Assembly: GCA_000934665.2 (NCBI GenBank)
Contig: JYFJ02002180.1
Location: forward strand, 1-61,505
DNA: 61,505 bases
Reading direction: 5' to 3'
From: Catajapyx aquilonaris
Taxonomy: Eukaryota
Shown here: positions 25,669 to 39,700 of the stretch, piece after piece
Layout of the letters: each line of letters opens with the position of its first letter
Numbering within the stretch: position 1 is the stretch's first letter
Program-made: the position numbers and the translations under genes
Notes under the pieces: generated by a model
Told to the model about the DNA's origin: nothing
What the model saw: the letters and a program-made list of their open reading frames with translations, nothing else
The model's database searches: none

Positions 25669-26261
25669 CCGTCAACCGAAATGAAGTATATCTTACTTGC
25701 AACAGTAGATTGTTGATATCAACTAAGTCTTGCTGTACTGTTTCCGCAACACATAGATGTAATGCCACACTCTGTAATCGTGGGTGTATATGTTGATACC
25801 GGTTATACCGGATTATATTCTTCTGCAACCGCGACATCATTGCAAACGTGATCTATGATAATGTAGATCTCAGTAATACGTAAAGGGACGTACATTTCAT
25901 GATTTATTTTATTTCACTTTCCCATGACATACAGTTGAAACATTACATGGACTAGAAAATTTAAAAAATAAACAGTATGAGCCCAAACATAAATGCTAAA
26001 ATATATGCTTAAACTCTATGAAACCCTGTACTACCTGAATACATTCTTTTTGCACTCTGACATGATTTTTCCTTTAATAATATTTAAAATCAGGATACGA
26101 CATTAGTTTTATCTTTGGTCTTTGTCACTGAAGCTACTTTATTGTTACAATTTTCTTCCATGAATTTCCTGATATCAAACTACACAGTTAAATTCTCCAC
26201 CTCCTGTAAATAAAAACCTTAAGTCTAATGATATTCCGAATATGAATCCATGTGTCAGTAC

Positions 26262-27655
26262 TCAACGTACACAATAATTGTGTTCGTCATGCACCCTCTG
26301 CTTGCGTTGTGGGCAATCATGTGTCTTTAACCCTGACTCCTCAAAGTATGAAGTCCCGCATCCGTCGCAGAGGTCATTCTTTTCACATTTGTGCACCTTC
26401 CTAACATGCCTCTTAACTGCGGAAGGGCTGCTAAACTTCTTGTTGCAAGAAACGCAGTGGTTAGGAGATGTAACCTCCGGTTTGGGGCTGGTACTGAACT
26501 CAACGTCAACCGCCATGTCATTGTTCGGTACAAGGTTGTAAGTGATCGGCATCTCATCATTGTTACTGTCTTCTTGCACAGGGAACGTGGACTGATTGTA
26601 GTTGAGGGTCATCAAGTAACCAGTGATAAGAAAAGATTTCCGACCCTCTGCCTGCTGGTTCGTGGTGACAGTTGTCATTACACCTGGGCCAAAAGTCTGT
26701 GGAATTGGGCCAGACTTTTCAAACAAATGAATAAAATATAATCGCTACACTGCGACATGCAATAAAAACTTACCAACAATAAGAGACCATGAAAATGAAA
26801 TATTTACACTGTGATGCTCAAAATCAAGTTTGATCAAAATAAACAGTTAGATTAGGGCATGAAAAAATGAATTAAAATTTTGGTTTGTAGTGTCAGGCAA
26901 TAAAATCAAAAAGATATTTCTTACCTGTGACTGACCTGCACCCCTAGGGGCATCCAGAACTGTTACTTTCTTCAGGTAGAGTCCACAAACCTGTTGAAGG
27001 TGACGGAAGAGTGAAACACTGTATGCTGCGAATTTCATAATGAATTGACATATTTTGACCAACAATGGCAATATCTACCATAGTCAATACAATATTTGCA
27101 TAATGAAACTGCCATTTGCCATTGTGCAAATCACTCATTGGCAATATATGTTATGTTATAAAATTAAAAACTGATGTCCACATGAGATCAGAGTGGGCAA
27201 ATCCATGGAAAAAACTACCAAAACTACATGAGTGACCAAGTGACCTGCTCAAAACCAGGGACTCCCTCGGTCACCATAGGGCAGTAGTAGTCAGGGCTTG
27301 AAATGTCATCCGAGTTGTGACTTGTGTCTCCATTCTGCAGAGGTAACATGAAGGGCTCAAGAATGGAGCAATCGTCTGAGTCTGGGTCCATCGCGTCATC
27401 GGTGGTAAGGAAAGACTCTTCACCTCCTTCCTGCTGGCTGATGGGGACACTTGGTCCCGCTTCTGATGCAAAAGGCTGTGAGAAGACAAAGTCATAGTAT
27501 GGCACAGCTGTATGATTAGCAAAAGCAAGCAACAATGGATTTGGCCATGACAATAAGAGGCAGGACTGGGCTGCCTCGAAACCATTTCTTCCCCCAGTGG
27601 ACCTACGTACCTGTTGGTGACCGGTCCCCTCTCCGATGGCAAGATAGTGCAGCAT
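26262..27655 (-). CDS. Zinc-finger protein ZF-1 (one C2H2 and one C2HC finger)
   Basis: Proposed exons 27655-27611, 27475-27245, 26990-26925, and 26714 (or 26696)-26262. Motifs CVSC...HVRKVH and CDGC...HDC, with C-terminal EHNY. Confidence 0.72.
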
Positions 27656-28476
27656 CCCTGATTGTCACTTCGATGGGCGAAAGTGTGAAAGTGGCAGTGC
27701 CTAGACTGGGCGGACAGGTACAAAGAGACAATAGGAAACTATTTTCTTCGACCCCAAAGGACGCTAGCTCAGATGGCGCCACTCTACCACTACGGGACCG
27801 TTAAAACCATAGCTGCTGCTCAAAAATGACGTGATTTCCAGATAGCAGTGAGCGTGAGAAGAACGTTTGATGCTGCCACGGTTGCAGATTGACTCTTCTG
27901 GCACGGTGGTCATCTCAGTCTAGGTCGGTCGTACCATCCTACACTACCACATGCACTGTGGCAAGAGTTCGTGGATGTAAATATTGCAAATTCAAAATGG
28001 CTATATATTAGTGATGGAAATTAACTGCTCCTCCTATTAGTTCACGGCATTATTACAGAGTGTAAGGTCGATCCAGACCGGGACGGCCATCTTGCGTCCA
28101 ATGTCAGGCGGAAATTTAAATAGCAATGGTGCTGGGGGAAAATGGCTAAGTTGTTAGGGGGGAAAATATTAATTAAACCAGCGTTTCAATGAGGAGAGAT
28201 GTGGGTAGGGACGATGAGGTCTCGTTACCTTCGTTCATGCCCACAAATCTTGCAACTCTTCAGGCTGAAAGATCCCGATTGCATAACCCTCGTGCTTTTT
28301 TTTTTGCAGTTTATTTAGGAGACCGTATTACAACATCATGATACACACATTGCTGTGGAAAAGTAGTCATCCTCTGCATCATTTTAATCCATTCTTTTCC
28401 CTTCAGATTTTGCTTGCCGGATACTAAATTACCCTGTCGAGATTATCTTCCATGATTTTCCACCTTCTCAAACCAC

Positions 28477-30514
28477 TTACTTGTCATGCTTGTTACCTTC
28501 GTCAACCTTCTTGCATGTGCCCCGAACATGCTCATTCAATTCATAGTGGTAGCGGAACCTGGTGCCACAGCTCTTACAATTGAACCTCTTCCTCACTGCA
28601 CCACAAGCATGATTCTTCAGACCAGACTTCTCAAAGCACCTGTATCCACAATACTGGCAAATATTATTTCTTTGGCTTAGATGCAACCTTTTGTTGTGCC
28701 TGGTAAGTTCCGAAGGCCTGCTGTAGTTTCTCTCACACAGGTCGCAGTATGTACCTGTAGTACGTGTACGTGAAGAACATGCAGGACTAGGCTTATCATC
28801 CGGGGTGTCGTTCAGAGAAGACTGATCAGAGTTGGGGATCGCGTTACCATCTGAAGAGGATTCGCTAACGGCTGGCTGTTGCTCGATGGGAAATCCTGGC
28901 AAATCTTTTGGGGCTTCAGCCTGTGGGATTTGGACAGACTCAACTTTAGCATATCAGTAAAAGCCATAAGGGCTATGAAAAATGCACTCTTCAGTGTCAT
29001 TTGTCAAGTAGTAAGAATCAAAGTTCCTTACCGTTTCCGCTTCCTGAGAAGTATCCGGAGAGACATCCGGTTCCATGGGAGTCTCTCGGTCACGATCACA
29101 AACCTGTTGATCAAAAGAGAGTGCTGAGCGGTGCTGAGTGACATTGTAAAAACTTTTCACTCTGCATTTTCTCAATGATTAATTGTTTCATTCATCATTC
29201 GGCTATTTTCATTTGATTGTTGTATACTTTTCCGAATTCTTTAAAAGCTCTATACGTATTTTCTTTGCATTTCTATACGATTATTTTATGCTCTTTCCCA
29301 GCTAACTGGCTAGTACTGACCTCAACACAATTAGCGACACCAGTGTTCAGGTCAGGGCAGTCGGAGACAGTGACAGGAGTGTCGTCTCCCTCTTGTACGG
29401 TGGACGTGGGTACCTCAGAGCCCGAGTTCACATCGGACTGAACGAAGATGGGCATCATGTAACTATTGAACCAATGCTCGATGGAAAATCCTGGCATATC
29501 TGGCATATTCTGTGGGATTGAGACATATCCATATGTTAACTACTCTTGTAGATTTGTCAATTTATGCATCACATGTCACCCTGCAAAAATGTGACATGTT
29601 GAAGGATTAACCTAATGAAACTCAAGCAGTCAATCGTATGCGGGAATCATTGCAATGACATCGAGAAAATGTGGAATGTGAAAATTTCTAAGGTCTGTTT
29701 CGGGCATGGATTTTAAAAAGTAATATATGGCCATAAATTATATGGCAGTAAAATATTATAGTTAAGTTCCTTACCTCTGCCTGAGATGTGCCCATAGAGA
29801 TGTTCTGTTCTGTGGCAAACTCTGCTTCTACTGGAATAAACTGTCGATCCAAAGGTGAGTGCAAAGGACATATTGTACAGTATAAAATGACATAGTGTGT
29901 GTATACACTTATACAGCCCATGAGATAGTGTGAAAAGGAGGCGGAAACAATAATTCATAAAGGCAATGGAACACGTAATATTTACTGACCTCCACAAAAC
30001 CGAAGGCGTCATCGTCCAGTAAACGGAAGCCCCAGCCCCAGTCAGCGCTTTGAGTTGCATCACTGTATATCAAGTTGTATGTGGGTACCTCAGAGTCAGA
30101 ATTCTGAGAGGACTGAGAGGAGTAGACATAACTACCCCGTGCTTGCTGATTGATGTCTAAACCTCGCATATCTCCTTGGGCTTCAGCCTGTGTGATTAGG
30201 TAGACTCATTACGTAACATAGTTAAATAATTAATCAACGTGTGCATTATGGGTCACTTAAAGTATGGCATTTACACATATTAAAATGAATCTGATGGTCA
30301 TAACAATTTTATTTGTCAGAGAGAATTTTTTATAATCTCCACTGCTCATAATGAGCATTTATGATCATTGTTAAAGTTCCTTTTTGTTGTTCTAACAATC
30401 AGGCAAAAATGATATTGATTTTTTTGAAACACTCAATTATTGTCATGCAGTGAAATCAAGCATCGAGGTCCTTACTAGTGGCTGAGATGAGTTTACAGGT
30501 GTAGTACTATCCAT
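28477..30514 (-). CDS. Zinc-finger protein ZF-2, ~335 aa
   Basis: Exons 30514-30476, 30187-29990, 29840-29775, 29509-29321, 29103-29032, 28920-28477, all phase 0. Fingers CDLC..HNKRLH, CQYC..HAC and CKSC..HVRGTC. Confidence 0.78.
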
Positions 30515-32245
30515 TGCAGTGGCTCTCTCCTGGGTGATATCACGAGGCTGTAGATGAAGAGGAAAGGAATATAAATAATGAAAAGTTACAGAGGTTGCAA
30601 AGTTATACTGTACAGGGTGACTGTGTTACAGGTAACTGTAATAACATAGGTAATTAAATTGCATTGTGGGTTTTCAGTTGTGCCAACTCCAAGTGCCAAC
30701 TGACACTTTACTGACCAGTTACTGACTTTCAATAATCTGCTAGTTTGCACAACTGGAATACAACCATTCAATCTAATTACCTAATAATTGTATCCTGACT
30801 TTATAGAGTCATCCTGTAAAAGGTACAATACAGTCAAAATGGAGTGTCAGTTGCTTCATTCTGCATCTGACTCCAGTGCACACTGTAAATGAATGTGCAC
30901 AGTAATGACTGACTAAAAATAATGCCTATACCAATAGTTCCGTCCAGACTTCATGATTTTACACTTTCGTTTTACACATCACACTGGTTTGAATGTTATC
31001 CTAATTGATAAAATAAAATATTCAGATATTTCTCTAATACTATTTTAGAACAGTATTTGGCATGGTTCAAATGAGAATGAGCTTAATGTACAAAAATATT
31101 TATGATTGCGAATTAAATAAAATGGGAGGAAGCTAAATAAATTATTGACAAATGAACTTAATTGAATGCTGTAGTTGAAGTGAATGTAAAAGGCTACTAA
31201 GGAAAAGAAATGAAAGTATAATAATAATAATGCCATTTTGATGATAACGGTGCCCAACATTGATTAAAACTGAGATGTAGTGATCTTCCCATTTTAACTG
31301 CTGTGCTTATAATGCCAACCTGGGATAATAAGTGCTATGTTTATAACAAGCTCCAAATGCACACATGGACAAAGTCTGGCTGCCACATGCCTTGCTATTT
31401 AATTTATTAAAAGTGCTTTTCATTTCCTCTGCATTTGGCATTCATCACAATAACACTGTGGACAGTGTCCACTGTCTCCAGACAACATTACCCAACTGGA
31501 AAAGAGGGCTCCATAAGAAGATGTTAATGGCAGTACAACAGAGTCCGCAACAACGAGGAGCAATATTTGCGGTCTCTTTTCCAGGAGCTTACCTGCTGCT
31601 GCTGACCGTTCTCCGATTGTCCCTGATGGTCCATTCTAATGGGCAAAAGTAGGTTGGTGTCGGCGGACAGTGGACACGGACGGGCAAACAGACGGGGAGG
31701 AGAAGAAGACCGTTTTATTGCGCAACCCAAGCGACGCCAACTGAAATCACGTCACTGTTGGCAGAGGGGGACAGCAGTTAAGCTACCCCGTAGCTGCTAC
31801 TTGGGGCTCAGTGGGTGCACGAGGGTGTGGTCGATCCCGTCCTGATGGGACGGCCATCTTGTGTCCAACTATCTGGCGGGAATTCAAACCGCAATGTACA
31901 GCATTAGTGGGGCCACGGCTGGGGGAATAATAATAATTAAATCTGCTTTCCAAGGAGGAGGGATGTTGGTTTGGGACGATGAGGTCTTGTTATCTTCGTC
32001 CATTGCCACAAATCTGGCAACTCTTCAGGCTGAAATATCCAGATGGCTTATCACCACTCTTTCGAAAAATCCTCGTGCATTTATTTTCGGCAGTTTATTT
32101 AGGAGATCATATTACAACACCATGATACACACATTGCTGTGGATAAAAAGAAGTCGGCACCATTTTAATCCATTCTTTTCGCTTCAGATTTCGCTTTTAA
32201 ACCTAACTGAGATCATCTTCCTTGATTTTCCACCTCCTCAAACCA

Positions 32246-33310
32246 CTACATGTTACCTCTGTCTACCTTCTTGCATGTGCACAGAATATGCTCATTCATT
32301 TCATACCGGTAGCAAAACTTGGCTCCACAGGACTTACATGTGAACCGCTTCCTGAATACACCACAAGCATGAACCTTGAGCCGATACATCTCAAAACAAT
32401 TGTATCCACATCGGTCGCACAGGTGATTTCTTTGGCCTAGATGACACCTTTTCTTGTGCCTGTTCAGCTCGGATGGACTGGAGTAGGCTCTACTGCACGA
32501 ATTGCAGTATGTTCTAGGAGAATGTTCAGGACTCGGCTTGGTACTCTTGATAAGCTCGAAATATACAAAGAGGCTCCCATTAAGTGCAGGGGAGTTGTAG
32601 ACAGTGCTTGGAGACTCATCACTGCCTTGCGTTGCCTCTTGCATGGGGGGCATGAAGTGCTCAGGAGTGTTGTTCAGAGAATACTGATCGTAATTGGGCA
32701 TCTCGTAACTATTAGAAAAAAAGGACTCGATATCCTCGGCCTGTTGGTCTTTGCAGAATCCTGACATATCTTCTGGGGCTTCAGTCTGTAGGATTAAGGC
32801 ACATTTGATAACAACTTTAGTATATAGATCGGTCTATTAATAATGCATAGAATTTATTGCAATTTCATGTAATCTCCAGTAATTCAGTTGAAAAATTTCT
32901 TCAGAAATGACCAACAGCTGTAAAACTCATTCAGGCACGAGTCGCAGTAAATGTGTAGGAACGTTCTCATGACTAGTACTGACCTCAGCATAATCCATGA
33001 CATCATCGTTCAGGTCAGGGCAGTCGGAGACAGTGATTGGAGTGTCATCGTCTCTCTCTTGCACGTTGTACGTCGGTACCTCAGCCTCAGAGTTCAGTTC
33101 GGACTGATCGCAGATGGGCATCATCATGTAACTATTGGGCCAATGGTAGATGTAAAATCCTGGCTTATCTCCTTGGGCTTCCACCTGTGGGATTATTCAG
33201 ACTCATTAGTTAATATAGTTAAATTAATCATCGTGTGCATTACATTTAAAATCAAGAATCAAGTTCCTTACAGGTGGCTGAGATGAGTTCACAGATGTAG
33301 AGGTATCCAT
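32246..33310 (-). CDS. Zinc-finger protein ZF-3, ~259 aa
   Basis: Exons 33310-33272, 33184-32984, 32785-32246. Fingers CNSC..HKKRCH, CDRC..HAC and CKSC..HILCTC; paralog of ZF-2. Confidence 0.8.
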
Positions 33311-34332
33311 TGCAGTGGCTCTCTCTGGGCTATATGATAACGAACCTGTTGTTCGACAGGAAAGGACAAAAGTGAAATATTGTCAATTTTGCACATGTAA
33401 GAGTCTCTCCCTAATGAGCCCTAATCAGGCCCTAACCCCCTTCACCACTTATCCACCCTGACCAAGGATGATCCTGACCTGCTGCTGACCTGTCCTCTTT
33501 CTGTGATGTCCCTGATAGTCCGTTCGATGGATGGCGTCGCTGGACAGTGACCACAACCTTTGGCGGACGGGCAAACAGACGAGAGGAGAAGACGCTTATG
33601 CGACCCACGCGACGCTAGCTCAGATGGCGCCACTGTACACAACACAGCACGCAGCAGTTACTCATTAGCTGCTACTAGGAAATAACTGTAATCAGGTGCT
33701 TGAGCATTATAATGTATGCGCGGAAGGCGTGGTCAATCAAGCCCTCATGGGACGGCCATCTTGTGTCCATCTACCTGGCGGGAACAACAACGCTGCAACC
33801 GTGGTCAGTTGGATCAGTCTTCACCTGGGAACAAGTCTGGCAATCTTGACCTTTCCACATCTTTGTGCCATTTTTAAAATCTTTGGCCAATTTACATATT
33901 TCCTTCACCTGACCTCTTCACCATGACCAATACAGAACTACTTGTGGGAACGTGAAGATTTCACTGTTGTTATTACAATAATACCTGTGACATTGGACAC
34001 TTATGGTTGCTAAGTTGGACACCCATCTATCTTGGAAGTTAGACACGTTTTCCTCCCAAGTTGGACAAGTACAGTACCGTACAATAATTGTCACATTTAC
34101 TGGTGCAGGTAACCAGCATCTTTAATAAACTCTTCAGACTAAGCCAGAGTAAGCCGGATAGATAAGACTGATACTATTTTTTGTTACAAGAAGATTTGTA
34201 AGAAGCGCAAGAAAACAGTAATAATATTGTTATCAAGGTCAGGTCAGAAAAATATAAACACTGATAAGTTATCATAAAGTTGTTTCCTCCCAATCCAACT
34301 GCCATTCCTATTTCAGTTTTTGTGGACTTAGG

Positions 34333-36558
34333 ATGGAACTATTTTCACTCTTCTCTTTCCTACTGTGGGCAGGAACAGGACTGGTTCTAATTTGGATAGT
34401 TTTGTACATCAATGATCACAGGAACATCGCCAAGAATGATAGAAAAGTAGGACGTGTGATTGGATATCCGTTCGTAGGAAATGCCTTGCAGCACAGATGG
34501 ATAGGACAAGATGGTTTGTTTGGAGTATCACTGACCCATACTAGACTTTAGTTTCCTTGGCTGTATATATGATTTTTATAAGATTGTGTTTCTAGATTTC
34601 TATCCACTTGTGAGATGCGTAGGAGCACTGGACTTACCTAACGTGTTTTTGGTCACACACAAAACAGGAATTTTCAGATTTGCAGGCATTAGCAAACCGG
34701 AAGCTGTTGAGGTACGTAGGCCTACTACACTTTTAAAAAATTGAATTTTTGAATTTTTGAATTTTTTCCTCAATAATATATTATAAACATTTAAGCTGGA
34801 ATTAACAAAGAGCGGAATTTACAGGCGGTCCTGAGCAGCAACGAACATATCACGAAAGCATATGGATATCATATGATATCTCCATGGTTAGGAGATGGAC
34901 TGTTACTGAGCACAGGTCAGCACGTCATTTTCTTTTAAAATGGGCTGAATTGTTCTAGATTATTGTATAGGAAAGAAATGGTTCGCCAGGAGGAAGATGT
35001 TGACACCTGCGTTTCATTTTCAAATTTTGGAGCAATTCATGAAGGTTTTTAATGAGCAAAGTCAAATCTTGGTGTCCAATCTGAAGAAGATGACTAATGA
35101 TTTGGACATTGTGTCGTTCATCATGCCATGCACTTTAGACATTATATGTGGTAGGTACTGCCACAGTATAATACAAGAGGACGCACTTACAAATTCCCAG
35201 TTTTCAGAGGCAGCAATGGGCGTTAAAATGGGCACGCAATCCAACAGAAATTCCCAATATTTGCGAGCCATAAGCAGGTATAATGATGTTGCTCAACATC
35301 GAGGTTTTTTAAATATGAAATTTAGGAAAAATTATTCGTTTATTTTAGGGTCACCGAAATATTCTTGTACCGAAACATTCGCCCATGGTTGTATTCTGAA
35401 TTTATATTTTCACTGACCAAGCTTGGACGTGAAAACACGAAACTACTCAATATTCTACATGACTACACCAATATGGTAAATCATCACTTGAACCTCATAC
35501 AACCAAATTCATTAAAGCCAAAATTAATTTCCCTACAGGTTATAAAAAAGCGCAAAGAAGAATTACTGCAGCAGAAGAAAATTAAATTTACGAACAATGA
35601 CACAGACGTCACAAACGGTAAGTGCACATTTGCCAGGCTAATATCAGAACTACATATTATCATCCATATACAGTAGAGGAAAAAGGAAAGAGACTGGCCT
35701 TTCTGGACCTGCTCCTCAAATGTGCAGAAGAAGACCACACCTTCACAGACAGAGACATTCGAGAAGAAGTGGACACCTTCATGTTCGAGGTAATTCGACC
35801 AATATTATGGAAGTTTAATGTTCATCATCATGGATGGTCTAAAGGGTCACGACACTACTGCGATGGCCATAAGCTGGTGCCTCTTCCTCTTGGGCACCAG
35901 TCCCGATCACCAGATCAGGGTTCATGAAGAGCTGGACTCAATATTCGGGGACAGCGACCGTCCTGCAACCATGTCTGACCTGACCCAGATGACCTACCTG
36001 GACATGTGCATCAAAGAGACTCTTCGACTCTACCCAAGCGTACCAGTTATTGGGCGCCAAATAGATAAAGACCTTCATATTTGTAAGGATAAACTTGACC
36101 GACGTACCAGGCATCATAGTTATGGTGCACCTATTATTTCAGTTGGTACAACTCTTCTCAAAGGAACGAACATGATGATAGCTACTATAAATCTCCACCG
36201 TCGTCATGAGAACTTCCCCAACCCGGAGGTGTTCAACCCAGACCACTTCTTGCCGGACAGGGTGGCACAAAGACACCCCTTTGCTTACATCCCTTTCAGT
36301 GCTGGACCCAGAAACTGCATTGGTAAATTCACACATAATATCCCAGATTTGCTACTTCTGCCATGTTCTTCAGAAGATCACTCATAACACGTCTCTTCAG
36401 GTCAAAGATTCGCCATGATGGAGCAGAAGGTGATCATATCCACCATTTTGCGAAGGTTCAAAGTGACTGCCATGGAGCGAAGAGAGGATGTGATCATTCT
36501 TGTGGACGTCATTCTGCGTCCAAAATCCGGACTTAGAATTACCATCGAGCCTCGATAA
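34333..36558 (+). CDS. Cytochrome P450, CYP4 family (copy a)
   Basis: Multi-exon gene with an N-terminal anchor, [27 protein letters not shown] (CYP4 I-helix), KETLRLYP (ExxR) and [15 protein letters not shown] (heme). Confidence 0.93.
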
Positions 36559-36861
36559 CACAATTTTATGTCAAGTGATGTAATTAACCGTATTGATACT
36601 CTGCATGTACAAAATATATATTGGGTTTGTCACTAAATGAATTGCCTTGTTATGAACGATTCTATGTGTTAAGAAATCAGTAGCTATAAGTTAGGAAATA
36701 GATATGCATAACGATTAACCGAATTGTGCGTCATATCTCTAATGCATATTAATGTCGCCAAACGGTGACCTTTGAAAACACGATAAGATATCAAAAAGAC
36801 ATACGTCCTTGGATTCAAATCCTGTGACATTTTATCAATCTGTTCTTATAGGTTATGTGAG

Positions 36862-39282
36862 ATGGGTGTATTTTCGCTCTTCTCTGTTCCGGATCTGTTA
36901 TTTTACCTCACTGCAGCAATAATTACAGTATGGCTAGTGTTGTATATTAATATTCATAGAGTGAGTGCCAAGTGGTGTACAGGACAAGCCAGACGTGACT
37001 GTGGGTTTCCATTTATTGGATTGCTTCTAATCTACGCTTTTAAAAACCAGGAAGGTTAGTACATGGGTGTGAACTTGCTGTGTTCTGTGAATATAAGTGA
37101 TTCACCTATCCAGAATTATATCACCGGGTGCGATGTGGAGAACCCACGAAGCATCCAAAGGTGCATGTGGATATCTTGGAGATAGCTATGCACAAATTTG
37201 CAGGTGTGAGCAGCCCAGAAGGAGTGGAGGTAAAAATGTTTTAAAATATATTAAAATATATAGTACATATTCAATTTATACATCTAACTATCACCCTTCA
37301 ACAGGCTGTTTTGAGCAGCAAAGACCATATTGCCAAAGCAAATGGGTATGATTTGATATCATGTTGGTTGGGAAATGGACTCCTACTGAGCTCAGGTCAG
37401 ATCAAAATAATTATGCTATAACTACAGTATCAATTTCATACGGTTCATATTTCAGGTACAAAGTGGTTCAATAGGAGGAAGATGTTGACATCCGCGTTTC
37501 ATTTCCAAATCCTGGAAGAATTTATGAAGGTGTTCAATGATCAGAGTCAAATGTTGGCGTCGCTTATTAATAATGAGACGGACGTATTTGACATTGTGTC
37601 ACGCGTTATTCCTTGCACGTTGGATATTATATGTGGCAAGTATGACTCCATTACTCTGTACTTGGATCTTCGTAAAAATTGCTATTATATGAATAATAAT
37701 GGCATTTCAGAAGCAGCAATGGGGGTCAAATTGGAAACACAAGCCAACAAGGATTCCGAATATTTTCGAGCCATAAACAGGTAAAAATATTTTGGCAATA
37801 AGTATGATTTACCCATATTAATATTGATACAAAAAGCAATATTAATTCCTTATAATAAAAATATGACTTATGGCAACATCCCTTTCCATGAAATATTATC
37901 AAAATGCGAAATAGATTACAAGTTAAGCCAACGATATTTTTTATAAAGCTATGGGTGTACTTACCCTGTAATATGCCTGTAATGCATGAGAATATTATGC
38001 AGATGTAATTCTTTTTAGGGTCAGTGAAATATTCACATACAGACAAGTCCACCCCTGGCTGCATCCCGATTTTATTTTTTCATTGACGAATATTGGCCGT
38101 GAAAATAAGCAATGTGTGGCTACTCTTCATGGTTTCACAGATAAGGTATGTACCATTGGATCATTGCAATGCACTTCACTGACAACTTATGTTTGATGCA
38201 GGTAATAAACGCACGCAAAGAAGAACTACGGCAGCAAAACAAAAGGAAAACCATAGCTGTAAAGAGTGGTAAGAGAGGCAAAATACTGATGTTGATATGA
38301 GTACCAGTATTAATTTGAATTTCCCCAGCAGACGAAAAGGGAAAGAGACTGGCTTTTCTGGACCTGCTTCTCAAATGTGCAGAAGAAGACCACACCTTCA
38401 CAGACAGAGACATTCGAGAAGAAGTGGACACCTTCATGTTCGAGGTATTTTGATCACCATAATGCCATGTCTACCATGATGGGATAACAGACAGAGAGAG
38501 CTGTTCTAAAGGGCCATGACACCACTGCGATGGCCATCAGCTGGTGCCTCTTCCTCCTGGGCACCAGGCCCGATCACCAGGTCAGGGTTCATGAAGAGCT
38601 GGACTCAATATTCGGGGACAGCGACCGTCCGGCGACCATGGCTGACCTGACCCAGATGACCTACCTGGACATGTGCATCAAGGAAACACTTCGACTATAC
38701 CCAAGCGTACCAATTATTGGGCGTCAATTGGAAAATGATTTCGAGATCAGTAAGTCCACAAGGATTTGGAAATGACCAAATAATAATATGGACAATTCAG
38801 TTGGAAATGACACTTTCATATGTTTCAATGATGCAGCTAAGTATATAATATCTGCCTTTCCTTTAAGTGGGCACAACCTTACCCAAAGGAACAAATCTTG
38901 TCATTGCACCTATCAATATCCACCGTCTCCCAGAGAACTTCCCCAACCCGGAGGTGTTCAACCCAGACCACTTCTTGCCGGACAGGGTGGCACAAAGACA
39001 CCCGTTTGCTTACATCCCTTTCAGTGCTGGACCTAGAAACTGCATCGGTAAGTCACACATTAGTAATATTGCACCTTTTTCTTCGGCAAATCCCTCATAA
39101 TACTGGACTTTGCAGGTCAAAGATTCGCCATGCTGGAGCAGAAGGTCGTCATCGCCACCATTTTGCGAAGGTTCAAAGTGACTGCCATGGAGCGAAGAGA
39201 GGATGTCACCATGATCACCGACATCATTCTGCGCCCAAAATATGGGCTTAGAATTCTTGTAGATTCTCGCAAAAAGCAATAA
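36862..39282 (+). CDS. Cytochrome P450, CYP4 family (copy b)
   Basis: Same exon series and motifs as copy a; ends VDSRKKQ-stop. Confidence 0.92.
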
Positions 39283-39550
39283 ATGTTATTATATGTCATA
39301 AAACATTGCTTTAATGCGAGTGTTGTACAGCGACAATTATACAATGGTTATTTTCCTGAATAAATTACTATTCTATTGTTTTATAGTCACTAGTAGACTA
39401 CACCATTCCACATTTCCGGTTAAGGAGCCTGATATGTAACACACTCTGCTTGGAAAAATGTTTTGTAATCAGTTACATAAACCTAATAAAAGAGTCTTAT
39501 ATCATTTATCAATTTAATCAAGTTCGGGTCATATAACCAGCTCTAAAAGC

Positions 39551-39700
39551 CTGATAAGTAGTCAGAATGTTGTTTTAGCCAGTTTTTTGCTGATTCAGGG
39601 TGTAACTGATTATCCTACTATTTTTACACTTATCTCTTCCACGCCTCATACTATACAGCGGACTGGTTCTAATTTGGATACTTTTGTACATCAACATTCA
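39551..39700 (+). pseudogene. Remnant of a CYP4 promoter and first exon
   Basis: GGACTGGTTCTAATTTGGATACTTTTGTACATCAA is nearly identical to copy a exon 1 (34378-34412). A CTGATAAGT motif lies upstream; there is no ATG or continuation. Confidence 0.6.

Larger units (their letters stand above)
17133..25805. repeat. Tandem triplication of a ~2.7 kb A/B gene-pair unit (period ~3 kb)
   Basis: Units start at TCCAACTGGAAGG (17133, 20167, 23147) and end at GTTGATACCGGTTAT (~19828, ~22844, ~25806). Introns and intergenic DNA are highly similar between units. Confidence 0.95.

Noticed and set aside
33990..34070. Four short AAGTTGGACA-like repeats (CRISPR-like spacing or binding sites)
   Set aside because: Only 8-10 bp and degenerate, in a eukaryotic context with no cas genes; nothing further is supportable.
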